Shown one piece after another: positions 38,656 to 50,489 of a stretch of 64,000 nucleotides of DNA (position 1 is its first letter; every line of letters starts with the position of its first letter). Below the pieces are notes generated by a model. The model saw only the letters and a program-made list of their open reading frames with translations. It had not been told where the DNA came from and did not search any database. A program made the position numbers and the translations under genes. Origin of the DNA: Antedon mediterranea (lineage: Eukaryota > Animalia > Echinodermata); the NCBI RefSeq assembly GCF_964355755.1, contig NC_092674.1, positions 17,546,001 to 17,610,000 on the forward strand. The letters run 5' to 3'.

Positions 38656-41187
38656 ATATTGTGTTAACATCATCTTATAGAGCCATAGTAACTAGTTACA
38701 TCAAAAAATAAAAGTGTCGAAATTCGGCCATTTTCGAAAATTTTCCTGCGGGGGACCATCGGAATTTTATTGAAAAATGGAAACAATTTCCACTTTTTAA
38801 AATTCAAACATTATGCTATAATATTTCCATTTTTGCAAATATATTGTGCTAACATCATCTCATAGAGCCATAGTAAATAGTTATGTCAAAAAATAAAAGG
38901 GTCAAAATTTGGCCATTTTTCGAAAATTTGCCTACGGGACACCATAGGAATTTTTTCGAAAAATTGCAAAAATTTCCACTTTTCAAAATTCGATAATTAT
39001 TCTATAATGTTGCCATTTATACAGATATATTTTGCTAACATTAACCAAAATGTCCACCGTTTAAAATTCAATTATTAGGCTATAATATTGCCATTTATGC
39101 ACATATATTGTGTTAACATCATCTTATAAAGCCATAGTAACGAGTTATGTCAAAAAATAAAAGGGTCGAAATTTGACCATTTTTCGAAAATTTTCCTTCG
39201 GAGGACCATAGTAATTTTTTTCAAAAATGGCCAAAATTTCCACTTTCTAAAATTCCAAAATTATGTTATAATATTGCCATTTATGCACATATTTTGTGGT
39301 AACATCATCTTATAGAGCCATAGTAACTAATTATGTCAAAAAACAAAAGGGTCGAAAAATGGAAAAATTTTCCACTTTTTCAAATTCAATAATTATGCTA
39401 TAATATTGCCATTTATGCACATATATTGTGCTAACATCATCTTAAAGAGACATAGTAACTAGTTATGTCAAAAAATAAAAGGGTCGAAAAATGCCAAAAT
39501 TTTCCACTTTTTAAAGTTAAATAATTATGCTATAATATTGCCATTAATGCAAATATATTGTGCTAACATCCTCTTATAGAGCCATAGTAACTAGTTATGT
39601 TAAAAAATAAAAGGGTCGAAATTTGGCCATTTTCCGAAAATTTCCCGTCGGGGGACGACAAGAATTTTTTCGAAAAATAACCAAAATGTCTACCATTTAA
39701 AATTCAATAATTTGGCTATAATATATCCATTTATGCACATATATTGTGTTAACATCATCTTATAGAGCCATAGTAACTAGTTATGTCAACAAATAAAAGT
39801 GTTGAAATTTTGCCATTTTCCGACAATTTCCCTGCGGGGACCAGAGGAAATTTTTTCGAGAAATAACCAAAATTTCCACTTTTTAAAATTCGAAAATTAT
39901 GCTATAATATTGCCATTGATACAAATATATTGTGCTAACATGATCTTATAGAGCCATAGTAACTAGTTATGTCAAAAAATAAAAGGGTTGAAATTTGGCC
40001 ATTTTCCAGAAATTTCCCTGCAGGGTCCATAGAAATTTTTTTCGAAAAATAGACAAAATTTCCACTTTTTGAAAATTCGATAATTATGCTATAATATTGC
40101 CATTTATGCAAATATATTGTGCTAACATCAACTTATAGAGACATAGCAACTAGTTATGTCAAAAAATAAATGGGTCAACATTTGGATATTTTCCAAAAAT
40201 TTCGCTGCGGAGGACCATAGGAATTTTTTCCGAAAAATAGCAAACTGCGGGGTACCATAGGAATTTTTTCGAAAAATGGCAAAAATTTCCACTTTTCCAA
40301 ATTCGAAAATTATGCTATAATGTTGCCATTTTCACAGATATATTTTGCTAACATCATCTTATAGAGCCATATAAACTAGTTATTTCAAAAAACAAAAGGG
40401 TCGAAAAATTGCCATGTTTCGACAATTTTTCTGCGGGGGACCATAGGAATTTTTTCGAAAAATGGCAAAAATTCCCAATTTTTTAAATTTAGTAATTATT
40501 CTATAATATTGCCATTCGGCCGTTCCAAGTCAAATCCACGTAACTCGCATTTTGGTCAATTTTGAGATTTTTACATTTGGGGAATTATTACAAATTTATG
40601 AACAACCTGTAAAAATGTCAGGTTTCAGAGATCATTATTTTTAGAGATAGTACCACGTACCTTTAAGCAAAAAACAAATAATTCTGGTATTTTCCAAGGC
40701 AAAACAACGTATCTACCAGATACGTTGTTCTGCCACGGAAATGCATACGATTTTTGCTTCAAATTCTCACAATCAGCTAACTTACATGATGTTGATACAG
40801 AAACCGCTGATGCATGACGATATGCATAGCAACGATCTTAACTAAAAGTAAAAGATATATTAAACAAGCACGAATGTGCAATACTCGGGGTACAGCGAAA
40901 GAAGCTGTAATGACGTAAAGACCGGATGTAACGTAACATACACATCAATAACCGCGCTACCAAATACGGCTATACGGTACCATCTTCGAGACGTGATATG
41001 GCTGCATCCGGTATGAAATTAAAAAATCCGGCTCTATAGCTTTGAGGACATGTCCCTGTAGTATATTCATGCTAAATCCGAGCTCAATACTACAACGAAA
41101 GGTAGGAGTATTTACCGATTACACAAAATAAATATTTAAAAAAATAATAAAAAATAAGATATACTGTGTATAATTATCATATTGCGT

Positions 41188-41520
41188 AAAGGACGCCTTG
41201 AAACTTTCATCCGTCGGGCTGGTAAAATGATTGGTCTGGAACTGCCTTCCTTTACCGATGTGCACCTAGAACACCTCCAGAAAGATTTCGAACGCATTGA
41301 GTCGGATGCCTCTCATCCTCTCCACAAAGTAATCATAGACCAACTTAATCCAAGTGGTAGATTGAGGCTCCTCAGTGTGAAAACAAATCGATTTGCTAAA
41401 TCCTTTATTCCCTCCGGTATCATCTAGTACAACAGGAAGTCAAGAAGATAATTTTATCTTGTAATTTTTTAGATGTTTTTATGCTATATTTGTTTTTATT
41501 GTGTGTTCTTTGTTATTATG
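41188..41520 (+). mobile_element. Non-LTR retrotransposon ORF2 C-terminal fragment plus 3' UTR (Rex-Babar/L2-group-like)
   Basis: Translation ..IRRAGKMIG..SHPLH..PSGRLR..KTNRFAKSFIPSGI matches the typical post-RT C-terminus. Confidence 0.75.
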
Positions 41521-41641
41521 TGTAAAAGTGATAATTACCGATTACACAAAATAAGTATTTTAAAAAATAATAATAAGATATACTGTGTATAATTATCATA
41601 TTGCGTATACAGTACTTTTCACCATAAAGTTTAAAAAAAAA

Positions 41642-41712
41642 GGTTTAGCCCGGGCTCGAACCAGGTACCTTCTACGTATTGAGCAAACGTTATAACCACT
41701 ACGCCAAGAAGC
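41642..41712 (-). pseudogene. tRNA-Val-like pseudogene (most degenerate copy)
   Basis: A box TGGCGTAGTGG and B box GGTTCGAGCCC. Anticodon arm mutated, T-run downstream. Confidence 0.6.
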
Positions 41713-41795
41713 CGCATATAACTACATAACGCTGTGGTGTGTGTCACACATTGTGGCTTCTTAATTAAACAAATTAATTAACAAAAAAGCACGAA

Positions 41796-42045
41796 TTATT
41801 ATTATTATTATTATTTATTGCCAATAACCAGTTACAAACAAACAAAACACAGAGACTAAGGGAGTAGGCAGGAACCTAAAAGTGAACCTAATCACTATAA
41901 CAAGAGTTCAGGTTCCGTACTCCCAAAGTAACAACAATGATATAAAATAAACTATATAAAAATATTTAAAAAACAAATAGACGAATCAACAGTGTCAATA
42001 TAAAATAAACGGATAAAATACATAATAGTCGATTCAACAAAGTCA
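41796..42045 (-). mobile_element. LINE 3' UTR fragment with (TAA)n tail
   Basis: Minus strand has a stem-loop (GGGAGTA..GGAACCT / AGGTTCC..TACTCCC), AATAAA and (TAA)n. It interrupts a second HINE end (AAGCACGAAT|CAATATTCGGGGTACAGC). Confidence 0.6.
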
Positions 42046-42119
42046 ATATTCGGGGTACAGCGAAAGAAGCTGTATATAGACGTATACAATTATTTCACCA
42101 TAAAGTAAAAGAAACCCGA

Positions 42120-42190
42120 GGTTTCGCCAGGGCTCGAACCGGGACCTTCTGCGTGTTAAGCAGACTTGACAACCACTACACTACGAAAGC
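42120..42190 (-). pseudogene. tRNA-Val(AAC)-like pseudogene
   Basis: GCTTTCGTAGTGTAGTGGTTGTCAAGTCTGCTTAACACGCAGAAGGTCCCGGTTCGAGCCCTGGCGAAACC. Anticodon AAC, with mismatches in the acceptor, D and T stems. Confidence 0.75.
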
Positions 42191-42405
42191 CACTTACACT
42201 AAAAATGTGGGTTACAGAAAGTTTTTTAATCCATTTAAATTACAAATAAATATGGTAATAAGCACAAAGAAAAATAAAAATGTGTAAAAGTGATAATTAC
42301 CGATTACACAAAATAAGTATTTAAAAAAATTATAAAAATAAGATATACTGTGTGTAATTATCATATTGCGTATACAGTACTTTTCACCATAACGTTTAAA
42401 AAAAA

Positions 42406-42476
42406 GGTTTCGTCCGGGCTCGAACCAGGTACCTTCTGCGTGTTAAGCAAACGTGATAACCACTACGCCAAGAATC
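42406..42476 (-). pseudogene. tRNA-Val(AAC)-like pseudogene
   Basis: GATTCTTGGCGTAGTGGTTATCACGTTTGCTTAACACGCAGAAGGTACCTGGTTCGAGCCCGGACGAAACC followed by a T8 run. Acceptor stem disrupted. Confidence 0.7.
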
Positions 42477-42793
42477 CGCATATAACCATATAACTACATA
42501 ACGCTGTGGTGTGTGTCACACATTGTGGATTCTTAATTAAACAAATTAATTAACAAAAAATTAAAAATCCGGCTCTATAGCTTTGAGGACATGTCCCTGT
42601 AGTATGTTCATGCCAAATCCCAGCTCAATACTACAACGAATAAGGGAGGAGTAGTACTTTAAAAATCGCACTTTTTACTCAATAGTGTCCAGATGGAGGA
42701 AGAAGAGGAGAAAATGAGTAAGTCCTAGACTCGGGTACCCCGAGTAACAATACTAGGCTTATTAGGCTAGACAACTAATTTAATGTATTACAT

Positions 42794-43596
42794 TTTTAGT
42801 CGCGTGGAAGCGACTCTATAGTTCACTATGTCGGTCGGTCGGTCTGTCTGTCGGTCTGTCTGTCGGTTTGTCTGTCTGTCTGTCGGTCCGGTATCACTAT
42901 GCGTTTTATCGCTTTATGACCTTATCTTGATATCAGTTTAATCTAGCTAAGTCAATTTTTCACAGAATATTCCTTATGGCCAGGAATCGATGTGGTTATG
43001 TTTTCACGGTGCGCAATAAAAAATTACGCGGTCTACGCACGATTTAACGAAATCACGTTTGTAATCATATCTTAACAACCATGAATCACAATTAAATAAA
43101 ATTTGGTACTCATAAATTTCAGGGCATAAATCATCATATGGCAATACAATTACGTGCGTAGCGCATGTAACGCATGCGTACGCGCGCTTAAAATTTTCAA
43201 AATTTATTTTCGATGAAATAAGAGTACGTTTCAGGCAATTTTAAGCGTTTACAAAATTGCCATGAGTGCGCAGATTTTTGCGCGCGCACGGCGCGTAAAA
43301 TGTTATTGCGCACTCTTTTTGCCCGATTTCTGTTTTCTTGACTTACTTTTCAACTCGAAATTACGTTATACGAGTACGTCAAAAGTGACAGGCTACGCAC
43401 GTGTAAATTAAAAAAATATAAATGTTTTTAAACATTTCAACATTTTTAAACATGTTCAGTAATTTCGGTCAGTATAGTTCACTATGTCGGTCGGTCCGTC
43501 TGTCTGTCGGTCTGTCTGTCTGTCGGTCTGTTTGTCTGTCGGTCCGGTATCACTATGCATTGTAGCACGCGACTTAATGGCTGTTGGCCTTGTTTT
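42794..43596 (+). mobile_element. Second HINE/DINE-1-like element
   Basis: TTTTTAGTCGCGTGGAAGCGACT start, (GTCN)n microsatellite twice, 3' CACGCGACT subterminal IR followed by GGC/GCC stem and TTGTTTTT. Confidence 0.85.
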
Positions 43597-44308
43597 TAAA
43601 GAATTAACTGTATTTACGAAAAAGTTCAGGCAACCTTGAAACTAGGCTAGGCTATTATTTTTGACAGACCTACCTAATCTAGCCTAGGCCTAGGCCTAGA
43701 CCCCAGTACTGTCAATGGAAATAGGCTAGGCCTAGGCTAGTAGGACGGCCGTTTTTTCATTGTTGTACGTAGGCCTTGTAGTAGCAGGCTAGTAGGTAGG
43801 CTATAACATAATGAATGTAAGTAAGTCGATATCCTAAATAGTAGATCAAAATGGCTAAGCCTAGCTTCAAATGCACTCTTTGTAAAGCCTACCTAGTTCG
43901 TAGGCATTATTAGTGATCGCAGCCCTCCCTGTTGTTCAAAAAGAATTTCAATCCATTGTTTTTAAAATAACCACAGTTACGTTGTTTTGCCATGGAATGA
44001 CCACTGTTACGTTGTTTTGCCACAGAATATCGCAGTTACGTTGTTTTGCCTCAGAAATGACTTTCATTCTATGCCCGTCATTTCCAAGGCAAAACAACGT
44101 ATCGGTTAAAAGCGGTAATAACTTTGATCAAATTGTATAAATTATTTAATATTTTGTATTTAATAATAATTATTATTTATTTATACTCATGCAAAATTTC
44201 ACATCATTACGATAATTTGTTTCTGAAATGCAAACACTCAAACTTCAATTACAATTTTTCTCGAAAAGCAAAATTTTGTAGTTACGTTGTTTTGCCTTGG
44301 AACGGCCG

Positions 44309-44615
44309 CATTTATGCACATATATTGTGTTAACATCATCTAATAGAGCGATCATAACTAGTTATGTCAAAAAATAAATGGGTCGAAATTTGGCCATTTT
44401 TCGAAATTTCCCTGCGGGGGACCACAGGAATTTTTTCGAAAAATAACCAAAATATCCACATTTTAAAATTCAATAATTAGGCTATAATATTGCCATTTAT
44501 GCACATATATTGTGTTAAAATAACGAGTTATGTTAAAAAATAAAAGGATCGAAATTTGGCCTTTTTGCGAAAATTTCCCTTCCCTATATTTTGATAACAT
44601 CATCTTATAACGTCA
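44309..44615. repeat. Satellite 2 (block 3)
   Basis: About 2 monomers continuing in register after the Sola-like element. Confidence 0.9.
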
Positions 44616-45547
44616 TCTATATATAAATTTACGTAAGGGCAAAATTCGGTAAATCGCGCGTTATTTCTAGAATGTTTACTCGATGGTATATAAAGTTGGT
44701 TCGTACTTTCGGTACTGATTTTAACCACCTGATGTAACCCAGTTTACTAATTAAATTGAGTTCGATAATTAGTTATTGACGATTAAAACGAATTTAGGTT
44801 CAACGATTTGCTCCAAATAGGGGTGTTTTTCGATCGTGGTATACAGTGTCCAATGGATGTCCGTCTTGAAAAATACCCGCAGACGATAATACGAGGATGC
44901 TTCGCATTTTCCTATCTCCTCCTACGATAATTGTTTTTAATGGCTGAAAACCGGTTGAACAGCTCGAGTACAGCATCATAATGTTGAAGACAGGCCGATT
45001 TTCTTTAAAAAATACTATTTTGATAGATTTAATATACATTTATACAAATGTATTGATTTGCGATGAATGGAACATTCCAATCTCTGTTCCACAAGTGTCT
45101 ATTCCCTCAGGCGTTGTAAAGGCAAGTGCTGTATACTCATAACAGAAATTCGATCCATTTTTTTCTTCAATCTGTGCTGCAGAGGTTGGATATAGATTTT
45201 TTTTAACGGATAATAATGAGCTAGCGTTTTCTGTCGCCGCGGGCGTATATTATGTACAAATCTTTATTATTGCAGTTAAACCACCCCGGGAACCACCCAC
45301 ATTATCACCCTTCCCTCACTGGCATGAGTAGCGTTGTAAAGCCAGTAGAGGATAGGCCTACGGTGGTACGAAGGATCAACAACAACTTCGGGTGGGTAGG
45401 GTAGGAACCAACTTAAGTATGAATTGGCTCTAGAAACAATTGAAAACCATTAGGCCTACTAATTAAGTTGAGTTAGATAATTTAATATTTATTAACGATT
45501 AAATCGAATTTATGATTTGCCCCGAATAGAGAGGTGGTTTTCACAAA

Positions 45548-48500
45548 GGCCGGTATTCATGAAAGGGGACTATCCTTAGTCCTGGACTATCTAGTCCAGG
45601 ACTAAGGATAATCCTGGACTATCCTTGACATGGTATTCATGAAACCTGGACTAAATAGTCCTGGATTAAGCCATGGAAAATTACAGCAGCTAGGTGGTCC
45701 ATGATGTTTCCTTTTAAACTTGTTCTAAACACGCTAGCATTGCAATCGCGTACTACGCGTCCAGGGTATAATTTACCCGGCACAAGTTCAACTAGAGGTC
45801 AGATTATAGGTTCAGTATGTGTACACGTGTGACAGATGCCTGATGAATAAATAGTAACATAAAAGAACTAATTTTGCCATTAAACCAGAAGCATAAATGA
45901 AATTATTGGAAAAAAAAGTAAGTCTTGAATATTTAAAGAAGACTCTTGTGTAATTTTATTTGAGTTTCATTTAAAGAAATTGGATTTTAAGGCGAACTTC
46001 AGGCCTAGGCCTACCCTACCTCTCTCTAGTAGGCCTACCTAGACTAGCCTAGGCGCAACTACTATCTAGGCCTAGTATTCCCACCCACTATTCTAGTCCT
46101 AGGCCTACACTAGTTTCACTAAAACTATGGCCTATTATACCTAGCCTAGGCCTAGTTCCAGTAGTAACTACTGTCTACTCTTTAGATCTAGACTAGCCTA
46201 CTAACTAGGCCTATTATTATAATATATATAGGAGGATTTATAGGCAGACTCCTACTACTGCTACTACTACTAGTTCTAGCCTAGGCCTAGCTAGTAGTAT
46301 TACTAATTTTGTCGTTTTTTATATTTTGTTTAAAAAAATGGGTTCATCATTTGTTATTATTAATTAATCTGTTACAGTAGGTTGATTCATAATAATAATA
46401 TGATTAAATAAAAAAAAAATAGGCCTAACCTAGCTAACTGCAACCTTGCCTATCTAGTTCCTACTATTAGACTAGATTAGAGCAATAGCCTGCCTTCTAC
46501 TAGCTACTGGCCAGGGTAGTCTCTCCTGGTAGTAGGCATAACAATAACATGCATTATTTAATTGAAGATCTGTGTTCAATAAGATTTACAATGAGATATC
46601 ACATTTAAATAGTGCACTACATTTTATATATAATTATTTCAAATGTTTTATTTGTTTTTTGTTAAATGGTGAACCTAGCATACAGTATGCATGATGACCA
46701 TAATTCAAGGGGCCCTCATATAAATACATAAAATAAACAAATAAATATAGCAAAGCAACAAAAAACAGAGAAATAAGAAAAACATGTTCAAAAGAAATAT
46801 TGATTAAAAAGTAATTTCACAGGAAAATATGAAAAAAAAACAATAATACAGTTACTAATTTCCAATATTGTAAATTTCCTCTTTTTTTTTATCTACACAG
46901 ATTTTCAAGTTAGCAAGGCATCAACATTGTTTAAATACTGTTATTATACTACTATTTTCATTGTTGGAGCTGTGATTGAAAAATTATCACAGAGTATAAA
47001 CTGGCTCGACTGCAGAATTGAGAATCGGACATAAATAATTGAAGATGATGACCATCTTTTAGTATAAACAAAACTATTTTGATGACAATTGTATATATAT
47101 GTATTTCAGTCACAAATTATTTATCTAAATAAACATTGAACAGAATTCTGTGATCTGAACATGAATGTACATGCTGACAAAACTACAGTAATAATATGGT
47201 ATTTTAATTTATTTATTTACTGTTTTTGAATAATAAAACAATACAGTAATTTAAAAAGTTTCATTTGTTGTTTTTATATGGATATTCTTATTTTCATTTA
47301 TTACTACACAAGTACAACTTGCTATACAATTGTTTTGGTAGTCCTGTTTCTCTCTGCATGATTATTGCGCTCCATCCAGGTTTGTTAGCAATTGTATCTA
47401 AAAAAAAAAAATAATGTTAAATTATATTACATCCAAACTTTAACACAGTACATATAATAGCGGTAGACGATAGACAATGTTTAGCCCTGGCCAACAAAAA
47501 CTGTAGGCTTACAAGCCTAGATAATTTGTCACAATACTCCACTCCATTTTTTTTCAATAATACCGCTTAACTTAATATGATGAAAATATCCAGAAATCAG
47601 GCCTTCCTAGATAACTATGCAGTGGGTGTGTAGTTTGCAGGATGCAATTTTTTTAGACAATTTATTAATACATTTTAAATATTTGTCTTTATCTTATTAC
47701 CTTACATGACCAACAGCATCACTCCATGTAGCCTAAGAGGACGGTAATGGAAGAGGCATATAATATTGACCAGATATGTGTTCAGCAGTCTAAACCAATA
47801 GAAAAATAATAGAAATTAAACTATATTATCTAAAAAATATTGAAACTATTCCTAGCCTAGGCCTATTTACATTAAATTATGCCAAATTAAAATTAATTCA
47901 ACAGGTTGTATGTAAATTGTTTTATTTTTATCTTACCTTACCTGACCAGCAGCATTCCATGTAACTAGGACAGTAGTGGAGGCATATAATATTAACCAGA
48001 CATTTTTCTTCAGCTGTCTAAACCAAATAGAAAAATAAATGATATTAAAATATATACATCTATTATTACTACTATACTAACTATTTATTAGCCTAGGTCT
48101 ATTGCATTTCAACACAATGTAGTTGATATGTGGGGTTAAAAAGGCATCGCCTAAACTTTCCCATTATAACTAAACTTAACTAAACTATGCCAAATTAAAA
48201 TTAATTCAACAGGATGCCCTATGTAAATTTATCCAATATTTTGAAAATACCTAACACTGCATTCATTCCAGTCTAGGCCTAGACAAGGCTAACTAAGTAA
48301 TACAATTTATGCCTACAATAGAATAAGACTACTGTTTACTGACTACCTGAAGTAGGGCCTTGCAATGCCCACCGACTCAGCCAATGGCATAGTCTAGAGA
48401 GGCCTAGTTAAGTGTAGGCCTAGCTTAAATAGGCTTTTAGACTGCGGTCTAGCTAGCTAGGCTATATCCCTCTAACATCATTTTAAACAAAAATGTTAAT

Positions 48501-49995
48501 AATGTAAAATCTATTACAAATTAAGATTATATATAATGTGATTTACATCTTTAAATAAGTTAAATGTGCGCTTAATGAAGAACAAATCATTTTAACACTA
48601 GCAGTATAGGGTGGTTGCTAGGCAATATCGCCCTAGGCAAGCGCTGTCAGAATTAAAGCTGTGGGCCTAGCTTTTGGGCCTAGATTAAACACACTAAATT
48701 AACTTACTAAATATAATTTTTTTACTTTCTAAAGTACTTTATTATATTAAATATATGTTTTAATTACTAATTTGATACAAATAAAAATGATTATTATTAT
48801 TTTGCTTCTTAAATACCGTTTTAAAGTTGTCACATTTGTAACCTACCTTACCTCAGGCCGCCATTTTTTTCGAGCTATTCTTGAGATAGTCCAGGACTAA
48901 CGCCCGTATTCTTAAACCGGACTTTAGTCGTAGTTCGAGCTAAAACTAAAAAAATGACGTCATTTTAATTCATAAACCGAACTTCAACTAAATCACCGAC
49001 TAAATTAGGCCAACCTCGACTAAATCGAGACGGATTTTGATCGATTTTTTTAGTCCTGGAGGGGGAAGACTAAATGGTCGACTAAATGGTTTTTAAACGA
49101 TGTTTATAAAAAACGTAACAGTCATTGAGTTGTTATATTGGCCAGATATTGAAGAATGAAATATCTATATTTATATTAGCTTAATTAAATATACATTGGT
49201 ATAAATTATAATAATGAAAATCATCTTTATTTACAACTGTATACAAATTACATTATTTTCTTCGCGCAAGTCCGACTTGAGCTATGTCACGCCATAGCGA
49301 CAATGGGAGATGCGGCAATTCACCACGCGATGGAATGTTTAGGGGGCCTAGCGCTTTCTTGTCACGCTATGAAGTGCGTGGTTCGTGGCGATCATAGTTT
49401 GTTGGGGGCCTAGAAAATATAAAAGTTACCGTACCGCCATGGTTTCTAAATATATTTTTAAGATTTTATTTATTGTTAATCAAATATACTTCACTGTTAA
49501 ATTAATACTGATATTGTTCTAATAATTAACGATTAAAATTATTTTTCATGTATATAGTCCTGATGCGTAAAAAGTGTTGTAAGAAATGGAAAGTGATATC
49601 AATGCGCAAAATTTCGTCTGCTCCTCAAATACTCTCTTGTCATTGGCCAATGTATAGCCTTTGTTACCCAGACGTGTGCAACTCGACTAAAAGCTCGACT
49701 TCATTAAGTCGAACTGCAAACTTCGACTACTTCGTTTTTGAATCGAATTTGAAGTTCGACTTTTCCAAGTCGAACTTCGAACTACGACTAAAGTCCGGTT
49801 TAAGAATACGGGCGTAACTTTCTTAAACCTACCCCTTGGGTGGACTATCTTTTGCCGGTTTTAGTCCAGGTTTAGTCCAGGTTTAGTCCAGGACTAAAGT
49901 TAGTCCCCTTTCATGAATACCATTTCAAAATAGTCCAGGACTAAATCCAGAGATAATCCAGGACTAAAGTTAGTCCCCTTTCATGAATACGGGCC
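45548..49995. mobile_element. PIF/Harbinger-like non-autonomous element
   Basis: TIR GGCC(G/C)GTATTCATGAAAGGGGACTA, 3-bp TSD AAA, many subterminal AGTCCAGG/CCTGGACT repeats. Confidence 0.85.
48901..49814. mobile_element. PIF/Harbinger (Tourist-like) MITE
   Basis: 38-bp perfect TIR CGCCCGTATTCTTAAACCGGACTTTAGTCGTAGTTCGA, TSD TAA (48898-48900, 49815-49817). Confidence 0.92.
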
Positions 49996-50489
49996 AAATT
50001 GTTTAACATTATATAAACATATATACGTCGTAGTGTATCGTTACATGTACTGTACTATTTCAATCGACTAGGACGGTGAAAGTTTCAATTACATCGCAAT
50101 GTTTTACTGTGTTTAGTGGTATATTATTTGTAAAACATGAAAACAATTAATAATTCGTTACTAAATGGATAAAGAATATATTTAAAAATTGTTCCTCTTT
50201 GCACCCATCCTCTTCCCCATCCTCAACCATAATGTTACATACAAAACACAAATTAAGTTTGTTTAAATTTGACTTAAACAATTGGTCTCATTTTGCGACA
50301 AGTTTTTCTTTCGGAAGTAATTCCTAGGGTGCTAATTTTAGTTGAGTACATAAATCACAGTGTCTTATTGTTCTGCATTATTGTACATTTGAAATCGTCA
50401 GTTTTTTAACGCTGAAATTATTATGTATTCAAGAACCATCTGTGGGCACGACCTAGATGGTACGCGAGCGAAGCGAGCGTACCATCTAG

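Larger units (their letters stand above)
31390..40516. repeat. Satellite 2 (block 2), with full and ~135-bp hairpin-less monomers
   Basis: Resumes in register (gcgggggaccatagg) after the Dada-like pair. Contains a ~3,346-bp higher-order duplication. Confidence 0.97.
40862..42750 (-). mobile_element. Helentron-associated non-autonomous element (HINE/DINE-1-like), composite
   Basis: Subterminal IR TACTCGGGGTAC (40882-40893) / GTACCCCGAGTA (42735-42746), partial IR at the 5' end, 3' stem-loop GCAC-GAAT-GTGC (40868-40879). T-rich ends, no TSD. Confidence 0.75.
40517..44308. mobile_element. Sola-like non-autonomous DNA transposon with nested insertions
   Basis: TIRs CGGCCGTTCCAAG(T/G)CAAA..ACGTAACT. 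4-bp TSD CATT (40513-40516, 44309-44312). Subterminal GTTACGTTGTTTTGCC repeats at 43976-44050. Confidence 0.75.
44616..50489 (+). mobile_element. Non-autonomous Helitron with nested Harbinger elements
   Basis: A|TCTATATATA start. 3' hairpin CTAGATGGTACGC (50453-50465) / GCGTACCATCTAG (50477-50489) ending CTAG|T. Removal restores the satellite ..CA|TAGTAAC, no TSD. Confidence 0.88.

Noticed and set aside
42120-42190. Functional tRNA-Val gene
   Set aside because: Mismatches in the acceptor, D and T stems, and located inside a mobile element. Listed as a pseudogene.
47330-48860. Possible small minus-strand exons in the Harbinger interior (duplicated ~90-bp units at ~47700 and ~47940)
   Set aside because: Splice-like signals are present, but no convincing reading frame or Harbinger/Myb motif could be read.
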